This document shows positions 1 through 8,717 of a stretch of 25,380 nt of DNA, in pieces; position 1 is the stretch's first letter, and every line of letters starts with the position of its first letter. The notes under the pieces are model-generated. The model searched no databases. It worked only from the letters and a program-made list of their open reading frames with translations, and was not told where the DNA came from. Source of the DNA: a virus; the UHGV virus genome UHGV-0112510; one strand, given 5' to 3'. The translations under genes were made by a program, and so were the position numbers.

Positions 1-168
1 GTCATCGGGCATTATCTGAACATAAAACACTATCAATAAGTTGGAGTCATTACCGCTGTTCTGGAATACGGAATCGAAGACGATGAAATGGCTGAATTGA
101 CTAAGCGGCTTGCCGATTATTTGACAAAAGAAAAAGCCCCGAAGAACGGCGAATTCTTCGAGGCCTGA
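1..168 (+). pseudogene. cII-like transcriptional activator, 3' portion; reading frame appears disrupted
   Basis: Frame 1 (40-168) translates to ...TAVLEYGIEDDEMAELTKRLADYL...EA*, resembling the lambda CII C-terminus (AVLEWGVVDDDMARLARQVA, from memory). An in-frame TAA lies at 37-39, and weaker CII-like similarity (KTLSISW) continues upstream only in frame 3. Start is off-window. Confidence 0.3.
125..163 (-). terminator. oop-like antisense RNA intrinsic terminator overlapping the cII 3' end
   Basis: On the minus strand, a ~10-bp GC-rich stem (plus coords 137-146 / 154-163, 7-nt loop) is followed by a T-tract (plus-strand A-run 126-136). Same position as t_oop in lambda. Confidence 0.5.
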
Positions 169-202
169 TGTAGAAAGACTGGATCAATCCACAGGAGTCA
201 TT

Positions 203-364
203 ATGACAAAACGTCGTAAGAAATACCAGGAAAAAGAAGAGATTCGACACCCTGATTCACCTGAGGGATTAGTGGTAGCCGCAGCAAATAACAGGGCGTT
301 CGCAGAGCGCCTTGTTGGTGTTTACAGACTAGCCAAAGCAGGAGTGAAACATGGGCGTCGTTAA
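203..364 (+). CDS. small basic hypothetical protein (53 aa) between cII and O
   Basis: ATG at 203 preceded by AGGAG (193-197); translates [53 protein letters not shown]; ends overlapping the O start. Below the ORF-track length cutoff and no recognised homolog; may be spurious. Confidence 0.25.
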   Translation: MTKRRKKYQEKEEIRHPDSPEGLVVAAANNRAFAERLVGVYRLAKAGVKHGRR

Positions 365-1181
365 GTTAGCTGATTACAGGCCTCAACTGGAGGTCGTGGA
401 GCATCGCGTGGCAGAACTCGAAGATGGCTACACTCGGACTGCAAACACACTGTTAGAAGCCGCCATGCTTTCTGGGCTTACTCTACATCAGTTACTGATT
501 GTTATGGCTGTGTGGCGCAAGACATACGGTTACAACAAAAAAATAGATTGGATCGGAAACGAACAGTTCGCTGAACTCACTGGCATGGCACCAACCAAAT
601 GTTCTACCGCCAAAAACGAGCTTATCAGAATGGGAGTTCTCATTCAGGTGGGGCGTCAAGTTGGTATGAATACAAACATTTCCGAGTGGAAAACGAAAGT
701 TAACGGATTTGGTAAAACATTTACCAATTCGGTAAAACAAACCTTCACTAAATCGGTAAAAAGCAATTTACCGAATCAGTCAAACACAAAAGACAATATA
801 CAAAAGACAATAAATACAAATACCCCCTTACCCCCTAACGGGGGCGGCGATGGGCAGGTTAAACCTGAACGTCGAAAGGCAGAACGAATCGACTACGAAT
901 CCTTCCTGAACGCCTACAACATCGAAGTCGGTGACAGACTTCCACACGCTGTTGCGGTCAACGAGAAACGCAAACGCCGCCTGAAGAAAATCATCCCGCA
1001 ACTGAAAACGCCAAACGTGGACGGTTTCAGAGCGTATGTCAGGGCGTTTGTGCATCAGGCCAAGCCGTTTTACTTCGGAGACAACGACACGGGATGGACG
1101 GCTGATTTTGATTACCTGCTGAGAGAAGACTCGTTAACGGGTGTACGGGAAGGGAAGTTTGCAGACAGGGGAATTGCATGA
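351..1181 (+). CDS. replication initiator protein, lambda O / P22 gp18-like
   Basis: N-terminal ~110 aa resembles the lambda O N-domain ([15 protein letters not shown]...KTYGYNK...NISEW). Iteron DNA lies inside the gene. Stop overlaps the helicase start (ATGA at 1178-1181). RBS GGAG at 341-344. Confidence 0.85.
   Translation: MGVVKLADYRPQLEVVEHRVAELEDGYTRTANTLLEAAMLSGLTLHQLLIVMAVWRKTYGYNKKIDWIGNEQFAELTGMAPTKCSTAKNELIRMGVLIQVGRQVGMNTNISEWKTKVNGFGKTFTNSVKQTFTKSVKSNLPNQSNTKDNIQKTINTNTPLPPNGGGDGQVKPERRKAERIDYESFLNAYNIEVGDRLPHAVAVNEKRKRRLKKIIPQLKTPNVDGFRAYVRAFVHQAKPFYFGDNDTGWTADFDYLLREDSLTGVREGKFADRGIA
706..822. repeat. replication origin: iterons with dyad symmetry plus adjacent A/T-rich tract, inside the O gene
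   Basis: Three to four ~18-20 bp repeats with core GGTAAAA(C)A (about 708-778), containing inverted repeats TTTACC...GGTAAA and ATTCGGTAAA...TTTACCGAAT, followed by an A-rich stretch (781-822). This is the ori-lambda architecture. Confidence 0.6.
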
Positions 1182-2554
1182 AACAGGATATCGAAGCGAG
1201 CGTTATCGGTGGCCTGCTGATTGGTGGATTAACTCCAACCGCCAGCGACGTTCTGGCAACGCTTGAGCCGGAAGCGTTTTCAATTCCGCTCTACCGGAAA
1301 GCCTTCGAGGTTATCCGCAAGCAGGCGAGAAACAGAAACCTAATCGACGCACTGATGGTTGCTGAGGAATGCGGAGAGGAGCATTTCACGTCAATCCTGA
1401 TGACCAGCAAAAACTGCCCGAGCGCCGCAAACCTGAAGGGATATGCCGGAATGGTCGCGGATAACTATCACCGCCGTCTGGTGCTGGAAATCATGGATGA
1501 AATGCGTGAACCAATTCAGAGCGGAACCATCGACGCATCGAGTCAGGCGATGGATGAACTTGTAAAGCGTCTCTCAGCCATCAGAAAGCCCCGTGACGAG
1601 GTTAAACCGGTACGGTTAGGGGAAATCATCACTGACTACACTGACACGCTTGACAAGCGTCTGAGGAACGGAGAAGAGTCAGATACCCTGAAGACCGGAA
1701 TCGAAGAACTTGACGCCATCACCGGAGGGATGAACGCGGAAGACCTGGTGATTATCGCTGCTCGTCCGGGTATGGGGAAAACCGAACTGGCGCTGAAGAT
1801 TGCCGAAGGCGTTGCAAGCCGCGTTATTCCTGGTTCTGACGTCCGGCGCGGAGTATTGATTTTCTCAATGGAAATGAGCGCATTGCAGATTGCAGAGCGA
1901 AGCATTGCCAACGCCGGGAGGATGTCGGTTAGTGTGCTGCGAAATCCTGCAGCGATGGATGACGAAGGCTGGGCGCGCGTTGCTAACGGCATGAGTCAGC
2001 TTGCAGATTTGGATGTATGGGTAGTCGATGCCTCGCGGTTATCGGTCGAAGAAATACGCTCAATCGCAGAACGGCATAAACAGGAAAATCCAAACCTGTC
2101 ACTCATCATGGCGGATTATCTTGGCCTGATTGAGAAGCCGAAAGCAGACCGCAACGACCTCGCAATTGCTCACATCTCCGGAAGCCTTAAGGCGATGGCG
2201 AAAGACCTGAAAACGCCTGTGATCTCCCTAAGTCAGCTTTCGCGCGATGTTGAGAAGCGACCAAACAAACGCCCGACAAACGCAGATTTGCGTGATTCAG
2301 GAAGCATTGAGCAGGACGCAGACTCAATCATCATGCTCTATCGGGAAGCGGTATATGACGAGAACAGTAGCGCCGCGCCATTTGCTGAAATCATCGTGAC
2401 GAAAAACCGTTTTGGCTCACTTGGTACGGTTTACCAGCGGTTCTGTAACGGACACTTTGTTGCATGTGACCAGGATGAAGCCAGACAGATTTGCACAGCA
2501 TCAAATGCACCCGCTGCACGTGGCAGACGATATGCACAAGGGGCTGACGTATGA
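1178..2554 (+). CDS. replicative DNA helicase, DnaB family (P22 gene 12-like)
   Basis: 458 aa; Walker A-like [12 protein letters not shown], Walker B-like [10 protein letters not shown], RecA-fold motifs ([21 protein letters not shown]); translationally coupled to O. Confidence 0.9.
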   Translation: MKQDIEASVIGGLLIGGLTPTASDVLATLEPEAFSIPLYRKAFEVIRKQARNRNLIDALMVAEECGEEHFTSILMTSKNCPSAANLKGYAGMVADNYHRRLVLEIMDEMREPIQSGTIDASSQAMDELVKRLSAIRKPRDEVKPVRLGEIITDYTDTLDKRLRNGEESDTLKTGIEELDAITGGMNAEDLVIIAARPGMGKTELALKIAEGVASRVIPGSDVRRGVLIFSMEMSALQIAERSIANAGRMSVSVLRNPAAMDDEGWARVANGMSQLADLDVWVVDASRLSVEEIRSIAERHKQENPNLSLIMADYLGLIEKPKADRNDLAIAHISGSLKAMAKDLKTPVISLSQLSRDVEKRPNKRPTNADLRDSGSIEQDADSIIMLYREAVYDENSSAAPFAEIIVTKNRFGSLGTVYQRFCNGHFVACDQDEARQICTASNAPAARGRRYAQGADV

Positions 2555-2579
2555 CCATCTACATCACTGAGCTAATAAC

Positions 2580-2610
2580 AGGCCTGCTGGTAATCGCAGG
2601 CCTTTTTATT
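2580..2610 (+). terminator. rho-independent terminator downstream of helicase (tR2-like)
   Basis: GGCCTGC (2581-2587) / GCAGGCC (2596-2602), 8-nt loop, then TTTTT (2603-2607). Confidence 0.6.
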
Positions 2611-2627
2611 TGGGGAAGAGGGAAGTC

Positions 2628-3068
2628 ATGAAAAAACTAACCTTTGAAATTCGATCTCCAGCACATCAGCAAAACGCTATTCACGCAGTACAGCAAATCC
2701 TTCCAGACCCAACCAAACCAATCGTAGTAACCATTCAGGAACGCAACCGCAGCTTAGACCAAAACAGGAAGCTATGGGCCTGCTTAGGTGACGTCTCTCG
2801 TCAGGTTGAATGGCATGGTCGCTGGCTGGATGCAGAAAGCTGGAAGTGTGTGTTTACCGCAGCATTAAAGCAGCAGGATGTTGTTCCTAACCTTGCCGGG
2901 AATGGCTTTGTGGTAATAGGCCAGTCAACCAGCAGGATGCGTGTAAGCGAATTTGCGGAGCTATTAGAGCTTATACAGGCATTCGGTACAGAGCGTGGCG
3001 TTAAGTGGTCAGACGAAGCGCGACTGGCTCTGGAGTGGAAAGCGCGATGGGGAGACAGGGCTGCATGA
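2628..3068 (+). CDS. ninB: NinB (Orf) recombination mediator
   Basis: Translation MKKLTFEIRSPAHQQNAIHAVQQILPDPTKPIVVTIQERNRSLDQNRKLWACLGDV... is near-identical to lambda NinB as I recall it. True start is the ATG at 2628 (RBS GGGAAG); the ORF-track start at 2610 is a TTG upstream. Confidence 0.9.
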   Translation: MKKLTFEIRSPAHQQNAIHAVQQILPDPTKPIVVTIQERNRSLDQNRKLWACLGDVSRQVEWHGRWLDAESWKCVFTAALKQQDVVPNLAGNGFVVIGQSTSRMRVSEFAELLELIQAFGTERGVKWSDEARLALEWKARWGDRAA

Positions 3069-3937
3069 TAAATGTCGTTAGTTTCTCCGGTGGCAGGACG
3101 TCAGCATATTTGCTCTGGCTAATGGAGCAAAAGCGACGGGCAGGTGAAGACGTGCATTACGTTTTCATGGATACAGGTTGTGAACATCCAATGACATATC
3201 GGTTTGTCAGGGAAGTTGTGAAGTTCTGGGATATACCGCTCACCGTATTGCAGGTTGATATCAACCCAGAGCTTGGGCAGCCAAATGGTTATACGGTATG
3301 GGAACCAAAGGATATTCAGACGCGACTGCCTGTTCTGAAGCCATTTATCGATATGGTAAAGAAATATGGCACTCCATACGTCGGCGGCGCGTTCTGCACT
3401 GACAGATTAAAACTCGTTCCCTTCACCAAATACTGTGATGACCATTTCGGGCGAGGGAATTACACCACGTGGATTGGCATCAGAGCTGATGAACCGAAGC
3501 GGCTAAAGCCAAAGCCTGGAATCAGATATCTTGCTGAACTGTCAGACTTTGAGAAGGAAGATATCCTCGCATGGTGGAAGCAACAACCATTCGATTTGCA
3601 AATACCGGAACATCTCGGTAACTGCATATTCTGCATTAAAAAATCAACGCAAAAAATCGGACTTGCCTGCAAAGATGAGGAGGGATTGCAGCGTGTTTTT
3701 AATGAGGTCATCACGGGATCGCATGTGCGTGACGGACATCGGGAAACGCCAAAGGAGATTATGTACCGAGGAAGAATGTCGCTGGACGGTATCGCGAAAA
3801 TGTATTCAGAAAATGATTATCAAGCCCTGTATCAGGACATGGTACGAGCTAAAAGATTCGATACCGGCTCTTGTTCTGAGTCATGCGAAATATTTGGAGG
3901 GCAGCTTGATTTCGACTTCGGGAGGGAGGCTGCATGA
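3065..3937 (+). CDS. ninC: NinC, PAPS-reductase-like protein
   Basis: Starts [22 protein letters not shown]... (PP-loop-like SGGRTS) at the ATG at 3065, overlapping the ninB stop; lambda-like. Confidence 0.9.
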   Translation: MINVVSFSGGRTSAYLLWLMEQKRRAGEDVHYVFMDTGCEHPMTYRFVREVVKFWDIPLTVLQVDINPELGQPNGYTVWEPKDIQTRLPVLKPFIDMVKKYGTPYVGGAFCTDRLKLVPFTKYCDDHFGRGNYTTWIGIRADEPKRLKPKPGIRYLAELSDFEKEDILAWWKQQPFDLQIPEHLGNCIFCIKKSTQKIGLACKDEEGLQRVFNEVITGSHVRDGHRETPKEIMYRGRMSLDGIAKMYSENDYQALYQDMVRAKRFDTGSCSESCEIFGGQLDFDFGREAA

Positions 3938-4107
3938 TGCGATGTTATCGGTGCGGTGAATGCAAAGAAGATAACCGCTTCCGACCAAACCAACCTTACT
4001 GGAATAGATGGTGTCTCCGGTGTGAAAGAACACCAACAGGGGTGTTACCACTACCGCAGGAAAAGGAGGACGTGTGGCGAGACAGCGACGAAGTATCACC
4101 GACATAA
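3934..4107 (+). CDS. ninD: NinD, small Cys-rich protein (57 aa)
   Basis: ATGATG at 3934 overlapping the ninC stop; [34 protein letters not shown]...; CxxC...CxxC zinc-ribbon-like; size and position match lambda ninD. Confidence 0.7.
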
Positions 4108-4250
4108 TCTGTGAAAACTGCAAATACCTTCCAACGAAACGCTCCAGAAATAAACGCAAGCCAATCCCAAAAGAATCTGACGTAAAAACCTTCAATTACA
4201 CGGCTCACCTGTGGGATATCCGGTGGCTAAGACATCGTGCGAGGAAATGA
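4074..4250 (+). CDS. ninE: NinE (58 aa), GTG start
   Basis: Frame gives (V)[57 protein letters not shown], matching lambda NinE from memory; overlaps ninD by 34 nt as in lambda. Start codon GTG, so start is uncertain. Confidence 0.6.
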
Positions 4251-4252
4251 CA

Positions 4253-4654
4253 ATGCTTTTAATTCAACCTGGATTTGGCCTTAGCATCAAAAAAGGGCAC
4301 ATGTTTGGCGAGAAAGAGTCTCAACGAAAAATGGTGTCTATCCAGTTGCCATTTATCAGTATTTTATGGCTAAACAGGGAGGCAACAAATTATTGGTATA
4401 CATGCGCCAGAGCAGCATTTAACGACCCTGACTGGTTTGTGGAAAACCACCACGCAGTTCGTCAGGCAAAGAGAAAGGCCAATACGACATACATGAAGGC
4501 GTATCAAAAAGCATGGAAAGAACACCGCGATCGATACCAACAAGACATGGAAAAACTTGAATCAGAAAACATGGAATTAAGACGAAAGCTTGGTGAAGCA
4601 AAACGAGACATTGATGCTTACAAGCGACTTTTTAATGGTGAAAGCCATGCTTAG
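4253..4654 (+). CDS. hypothetical protein at the ninX position (insertion relative to lambda between ninE and ninF); start uncertain
   Basis: Open frame 4211-4654; plausible starts ATG 4247 or 4253 (GAGG at 4241-4244). C-terminal ~60 aa is a basic/acidic coiled-coil-like segment (KAYQKAWKEHRDRYQQDMEKLESENMELRRKLGEAKRDIDAYKRL). N-terminal half has weak coding character, so the real gene may be shorter. Confidence 0.4.
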   Translation: MLLIQPGFGLSIKKGHMFGEKESQRKMVSIQLPFISILWLNREATNYWYTCARAAFNDPDWFVENHHAVRQAKRKANTTYMKAYQKAWKEHRDRYQQDMEKLESENMELRRKLGEAKRDIDAYKRLFNGESHA

Positions 4655-4823
4655 CCCATCCCAATCCCTTCAATACCAGAAAGAAAGCGTCGAGCGGGCT
4701 TTAACGTGCGCTAACTGCGGTCAGAAGCTGCATGTGCTGGAAGTTCACGTGTGCTCCGATTGCTGCGCAGAACTGATGAGCGATCCGAATAGCTCAATGT
4801 ACGAGGAAGAAGACGATGGCTAA
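4647..4823 (+). CDS. ninF: NinF (58 aa)
   Basis: [58 protein letters not shown]; C-terminal 45 aa match lambda NinF from memory; Cys-rich. Confidence 0.75.
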   Translation: MLSPSQSLQYQKESVERALTCANCGQKLHVLEVHVCSDCCAELMSDPNSSMYEEEDDG

Positions 4824-5427
4824 AACAGCGCGAAGACGATGTAAAAACGATGAATGTCGGGAATGGTTTCACCCTGCATTCGCTAATCAGTGGTGGTGCT
4901 CTCCAGAGTGTGGAACCAAGATAGCACTCGAACGACGAAGTAAAGAACGCGAAAAAGCGGAAAAAGCAGCAGAGAAGAAACGACGACGAGAGGATCAGAA
5001 ACAGAAAGATAAACTTAAGATTCGAAAACTCGCCTTAAAGCCCCGCAGTTACTGGATTAAACAAGCCCAACAAGCCGTAAACGCCTTCATCAGAGAAAGA
5101 GACCGCGACTTACCATGTATCTCGTGCGGAACGCTCACGTCTGCTCAGTGGGATGCCGGACATTACCGGACAACTGCTGCGGCACCTCAACTCCGATTTG
5201 ATGAACGCAATATTCACAAGCAATGCGTGGTGTGCAACCAGCACAAAAGCGGAAATCTCGTTCCGTATCGCGTCGAACTGATTAATCGCATCGGGCAGGA
5301 AGCAGTAGACGAAATCGAATCAAACCATAACCGCCATCGCTGGACTATCGAAGAGTGCAAGGCGATCAAGGCAGAGTACCAACAGAAACTCAAAGACCTG
5401 CGAAATAGCAGAAGTGAGGCCGCATGA
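4816..5427 (+). CDS. ninG: NinG (Rap) structure-specific recombination endonuclease
   Basis: 203 aa, [41 protein letters not shown]...; lambda NinG-like; overlaps the ninF end. Confidence 0.9.
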   Translation: MAKTARRRCKNDECREWFHPAFANQWWCSPECGTKIALERRSKEREKAEKAAEKKRRREDQKQKDKLKIRKLALKPRSYWIKQAQQAVNAFIRERDRDLPCISCGTLTSAQWDAGHYRTTAAAPQLRFDERNIHKQCVVCNQHKSGNLVPYRVELINRIGQEAVDEIESNHNRHRWTIEECKAIKAEYQQKLKDLRNSRSEAA

Positions 5428-5630
5428 CGTTCTCAGTAAAAACCATTCCAGACATGCTCGTTGAAGCATACGGAAACCAGACAGAAGTAGCACGCAGACT
5501 GAAATGTAGTCGCGGCACGGTCAGAAAATACGTTGATGATAAAGACGGGAAAATGCACGCCATCGTCAACGACGTTCTCATGGTTCATCGCGGATGGAGT
5601 GAAAGAGATGCGCTATTACGAAAGAATTGA
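5424..5630 (+). CDS. ninH: NinH, small DNA-binding protein
   Basis: 68 aa, HTH-like ([19 protein letters not shown]); size and position as lambda ninH. Confidence 0.8.
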   Translation: MTFSVKTIPDMLVEAYGNQTEVARRLKCSRGTVRKYVDDKDGKMHAIVNDVLMVHRGWSERDALLRKN

Positions 5631-6279
5631 TGGCAGCAAATACCGAAATATTTGGGTAGTTGGCGATCTGCACGGATGCTACACGAACCTGATGAAAAAA
5701 CTGGAGACGATAGGATTCGACACCAAAAAAGACCTGCTTATCTCGGTTGGCGATTTGGTCGATCGCGGTACAGAGAACGTCGAATGTCTGGAATTAATCA
5801 CATTCCCCTGGTTCCGAGCTGTACGTGGAAACCATGAGCAAATGATGATTGATGGCTTATCAGAGCGCGGAAACGTCAATCACTGGATGCTTAATGGCGG
5901 TGGCTGGTTCTTTAATCTCGATTACGACAAAGAAATTCTGGCTAAAGCTCTTGCCCATAAAGCAGATGAACTTCCGTTAATCATCGAACTGGTGAGCAAA
6001 GATAAAAAATATGTCATCTGCCACGCCGATTATCCTTGTGACGAATACGAGTTTGGAAAGCCAGTTGATCATCAGCAGGTAATCTGGAACCGCGAACGAA
6101 TCAGCAACTCACAAGACGGGATCGTGAAAGAAATCAAAGGCGCGGACACGTTCATCTTTGGTCATACGCCAGCAGTGAAACCACTTAAATTTGCCAACCA
6201 AATGTATATCGATACCGGAGCAGTGTTCTGCGGAAACCTCACATTGATTCAGGTACAGGGAGAAGGCGCATGGGCATAA
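5608..6279 (+). CDS. ninI: NinI Ser/Thr protein phosphatase (lambda PPase-like metallophosphoesterase)
   Basis: Starts [29 protein letters not shown]... with GDLHG, GDLVDRG, GNHE metallophosphatase motifs; ATG at 5608 (the ORF-track start at 5533 is upstream and in-frame). Confidence 0.9.
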   Translation: MRYYERIDGSKYRNIWVVGDLHGCYTNLMKKLETIGFDTKKDLLISVGDLVDRGTENVECLELITFPWFRAVRGNHEQMMIDGLSERGNVNHWMLNGGGWFFNLDYDKEILAKALAHKADELPLIIELVSKDKKYVICHADYPCDEYEFGKPVDHQQVIWNRERISNSQDGIVKEIKGADTFIFGHTPAVKPLKFANQMYIDTGAVFCGNLTLIQVQGEGAWA

Positions 6280-6788
6280 GAGAACTAAACCTCACCAAAG
6301 AACAGCATGAGTGGCTGAATGGCTGGCTTGAACTGTGGGGCGCATGGGTTTATTCAGGTCGTCTGGAAAAGCGCATGAGCAGCGTAATAGCGAAGTTCAT
6401 GGAGAGCGTAGAGCCGGGAAGAGTTATGACAAGGCCAATGTGCAATGATGATGATGGAATGTTGATTTCTCAGGTCGTCGATTCTGTCATGTGCATTGAC
6501 AAGAAAGCCTTTGGCATCCTCCTCAGCTACTACGCTCATGGTTCATCTAAGCGAGCAATTGCATCCTACTATCACGCGACTGCAAAGCCACGCAAGATGT
6601 GTGGACGCGGTGGCGAGGGATGGAGAAAACCTTCACTGGCAACCTGTAGAAACGAAATTGACGATATCCTGAAAGCGTCATTATTTGTTTTGTACCAACC
6701 AATGCAAAATGTTTTCAAAATGCGTAAACGTGTTGAGAAAGTTAAGCATGTTGCTGTTAAAAGCCTTGACATGCAATTAGCCATTTAG
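6270..6788 (+). CDS. late-gene antiterminator, Q-like (non-lambda Q allele)
   Basis: 172-aa ORF immediately after ninI and immediately upstream of a strong sigma70-like promoter and terminator. Called mainly by position; sequence is not lambda Q. Confidence 0.6.
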   Translation: MGIRELNLTKEQHEWLNGWLELWGAWVYSGRLEKRMSSVIAKFMESVEPGRVMTRPMCNDDDGMLISQVVDSVMCIDKKAFGILLSYYAHGSSKRAIASYYHATAKPRKMCGRGGEGWRKPSLATCRNEIDDILKASLFVLYQPMQNVFKMRKRVEKVKHVAVKSLDMQLAI

Positions 6789-6795
6789 CCATAAT
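6766..6795 (+). promoter_or_regulatory. candidate late promoter pR' (TTGACA-N18-CATAAT) overlapping the 3' end of Q
   Basis: TTGACA at 6766-6771 and CATAAT at 6790-6795. Confidence 0.4.
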
Positions 6796-6805
6796 TAGAA
6801 GGTAA

Positions 6806-6847
6806 GCTGCCGTTAGTGACTCTTAAGTTGCAACGGTGGCTTTTTTT
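6806..6847 (+). terminator. candidate tR'-like terminator of the short pR' transcript
   Basis: GCTGCCGTT (6806-6814) pairs with AACGGTGGC (6832-6840) including two G-U pairs; 17-nt loop; followed by TTTTTTT (6841-6847). Confidence 0.4.
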
Positions 6848-6851
6848 ATTT

Positions 6852-6926
6852 GGGTCAGTCGTATAAAGGTCATTACGGAAGGCTGTTAACCTTCTTATCG
6901 TGGTTCGAGTCCACGCTGTCCCGCCA
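6852..6926 (+). tRNA. tRNA-Asn (anticodon GUU)
   Basis: Hand-folded cloverleaf: acceptor GGGTCAG/CTGTCCC (one U-U mismatch), anticodon stem GAAGG/CCTTC with loop CTGTTAA, T-arm CGTGG-TTCGAGT-CCACG, encoded CCA. Anticodon loop and T-loop resemble E. coli tRNA-Asn. D-stem is only 3 bp. Confidence 0.55.
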
Positions 6927-6931
6927 AACAT

Positions 6932-7007
6932 GCTGGTTTAGCTCCAATGGTAGAGCGGTCGCCTTGTAAGCGAATGGGTAGCGGTTCAAGTCCGTTAACC
7001 AGCACCA
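6932..7007 (+). tRNA. tRNA-Thr (anticodon UGU)
   Basis: Acceptor GCTGGTT/AACCAGC perfect; D-arm GCTC-CAATGGTA-GAGC; anticodon loop CTTGTAA; T-arm AGCGG-TTCAAGT-CCGTT; discriminator A plus CCA. Confidence 0.7.
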
Positions 7008-7094
7008 TAACTGAGCCGTAGCCACTGGCTATCCTGAATTCATCAGTGATAGTTACGCTGCGGCCTTCTACACATGATCTTCGTGAAAGCGGGT

Positions 7095-7129
7095 GGCAGG
7101 AGGTCGCGCTAACAACCTCCTGCCGTTTT
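7095..7129 (+). terminator. strong rho-independent terminator between the tRNAs and the lysis cassette
   Basis: Perfect 10-bp stem GGCAGGAGGT / ACCTCCTGCC, 10-nt loop, then GTTTTG. Confidence 0.6.
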
Positions 7130-7229
7130 GCCCGTGCATATCGGTCACGAACAAATCTGATTACTAAACACAGTAGCCTGGATTTGTTCTATCAGTAATC
7201 GACCTTATTCCTAATTAAATAGAGCAAAT

Positions 7230-7243
7230 CCCCTTATTGGGGG
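7230..7243 (+). promoter_or_regulatory. sdi-like stem-loop upstream of the holin dual start
   Basis: CCCC-TTATT-GGGGG directly upstream of ATGAAGATG (Met1/Met3), as in lambda S. Confidence 0.55.
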
Positions 7244-7249
7244 TAAGAC

Positions 7250-7573
7250 ATGAAGATGCCAGAAAAACATGACCTGTTAGCCGCCATTCTCGCGGCAAAG
7301 GAACAAGGCATCGGGGCAATCCTTGCGTTTGCAATGGCGTACCTTCGCGGCAGATATAATGGCGGTGCGTTTACAAAAACAGTAATCGACGCAACGATGT
7401 GCGCCATTATCGCCTGGTTCATTCGTGACCTTCTCGACTTCGCCGGACTAAGTAGCAATCTCGCTTATATAACGAGCGTGTTTATCGGCTACATCGGTAC
7501 TGACTCGATTGGTTCGCTTATCAAACGCTTCGCTGCTAAAAAAGCCGGAGTAGAAGATGGTGGAAATCAATAA
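7250..7573 (+). CDS. S: holin/antiholin, lambda S (class I, dual start)
   Basis: 107 aa, [34 protein letters not shown]..., essentially lambda S as remembered; Met1-Lys-Met3 dual-start motif. Confidence 0.95.
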   Translation: MKMPEKHDLLAAILAAKEQGIGAILAFAMAYLRGRYNGGAFTKTVIDATMCAIIAWFIRDLLDFAGLSSNLAYITSVFIGYIGTDSIGSLIKRFAAKKAGVEDGGNQ

Positions 7574-8033
7574 TCAACGTAAGGCGTTTCTCGATATGCT
7601 GGCGTGGTCAGAAGGAACTGATAACGGACGTCAGAAAACCAGAAATCATGGTTATGACGTCATTGTAGGCGGAGAGCTATTCACTGATTACTCCGATCAC
7701 CCTCGCAAACTTGTCACGCTAAACCCCAAACTCAAATCAACAGCAGCCGGACGTTACCAGCTTCTTTCCCGTTGGTGGGATGCCTATCGTAAGCAGCTTG
7801 GCCTGAAAGACTTCTCTCCGAAAAGCCAGGACGCTGTGGCATTGCAGCAGATTAAAGAGCGTGGCGCTTTACCGATGATTGATCGCGGTGATATCCGTCA
7901 GGCAATCGACCGTTGCAGCAATATCTGGGCTTCACTGCCGGGTGCTGGTTATGGCCAGTTCGAGCATAAGGCTGACAGCCTGATTGCAAAATTCAAAGAG
8001 GCTGGCGGAGCGGTCAGAGAGATTGAGGTATGA
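7557..8033 (+). CDS. R: endolysin, lambda R lytic transglycosylase
   Basis: 158 aa, [39 protein letters not shown]..., near-identical to lambda R as remembered. Confidence 0.95.
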   Translation: MVEINNQRKAFLDMLAWSEGTDNGRQKTRNHGYDVIVGGELFTDYSDHPRKLVTLNPKLKSTAAGRYQLLSRWWDAYRKQLGLKDFSPKSQDAVALQQIKERGALPMIDRGDIRQAIDRCSNIWASLPGAGYGQFEHKADSLIAKFKEAGGAVREIEV

Positions 8034-8497
8034 GCAGAGTAACCGCGATTATCTCTGCTCTGGTTATCTGTATCATCGTCTGCCTGTCATGGGCTGTTAA
8101 TCATTACCGTGATAACGCCATGACCTACAAAGAGCAGCGCGATAAAAAAGTCAGTGAGCTGAAGCAGGCGACTGCCACCATTACTGACATGCAGCAGCGC
8201 CAGCGTACTGCTGATGCACTTGATGCTAAATACACGAAGGAGTTAGCTGATGCGAAAGCTGAAAATGATGCTCTTCGGCGCAAGCTTGATAATGGTGGCA
8301 GGGTGCTCGTCAAAGGAAAATGCCCTGTGCCATCCTCAGCCGAAACCTCCGGCGCCTCCGGCATGGGCAATGATGCCACCGTCGAACTCTCTCCAGTTGC
8401 TGGACGAAACGTTCTCGGTGTCCGGGACGGAATTATCCGCGACCAAACAGCACTGAGAACGCTTCAGGAATACATCAGGACGCAATGCCTTCGATGA
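8030..8497 (+). CDS. Rz: i-spanin Rz
   Basis: 155 aa; N-terminal TM ([18 protein letters not shown]) and first ~90 aa lambda-Rz-like; C-terminal third divergent. Confidence 0.85.
   Translation: MSRVTAIISALVICIIVCLSWAVNHYRDNAMTYKEQRDKKVSELKQATATITDMQQRQRTADALDAKYTKELADAKAENDALRRKLDNGGRVLVKGKCPVPSSAETSGASGMGNDATVELSPVAGRNVLGVRDGIIRDQTALRTLQEYIRTQCLR
8250..8456 (+). CDS. Rz1: o-spanin Rz1 lipoprotein, embedded in the +1 frame of Rz
   Basis: [21 protein letters not shown]... with a lipobox (VAGC) and Pro-rich mature part ([11 protein letters not shown]); entirely within Rz. Confidence 0.75.
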   Translation: MRKLKMMLFGASLIMVAGCSSKENALCHPQPKPPAPPAWAMMPPSNSLQLLDETFSVSGTELSATKQH

Positions 8498-8670
8498 TAG
8501 CGATAATTTTACTCATCATCCTTCACATCTGGCTCTGTAGACAGGGTGGTGATCACTTCTGGAGTGAATCCAGATTAAACATCTCATTGCTGATGCTTGA
8601 TATTGAGCATCTTGCGCGCGGTAAGGGGCTGCGTTGAGATAAGAGCCAGTCATTACAAATACCAGGATTT

Positions 8671-8694
8671 AGCCTCGCATTCGCGGGGTTTTTA
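8671..8694 (+). terminator. terminator-like hairpin downstream of the lysis cassette
   Basis: CCTCGC-ATTC-GCGGGG stem-loop followed by TTTTT (8689-8693); lies just upstream of the RBS of the 8718 gene. Confidence 0.4.
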
Positions 8695-8717
8695 TTCCCA
8701 ACTCCATAGGTGATTTT

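Noticed and set aside
3531-3959. 142-aa alternative-frame ORF within ninC
   Set aside because: Same strand, different frame from a NinC gene that matches lambda along its length; translation is Arg/Cys/Ser-rich with no recognisable features.
6789-7249. Possible toxin or virulence cargo between Q and S (the position of stxAB in Stx phages)
   Set aside because: No ORF of meaningful length on either strand; the interval is filled by two tRNA genes, terminators and the S upstream structure.
8498-8717. Expected Bor lipoprotein gene on the minus strand after Rz, as in lambda
   Set aside because: The interval is only ~220 bp with no ORF on the minus strand; Bor appears to be absent.
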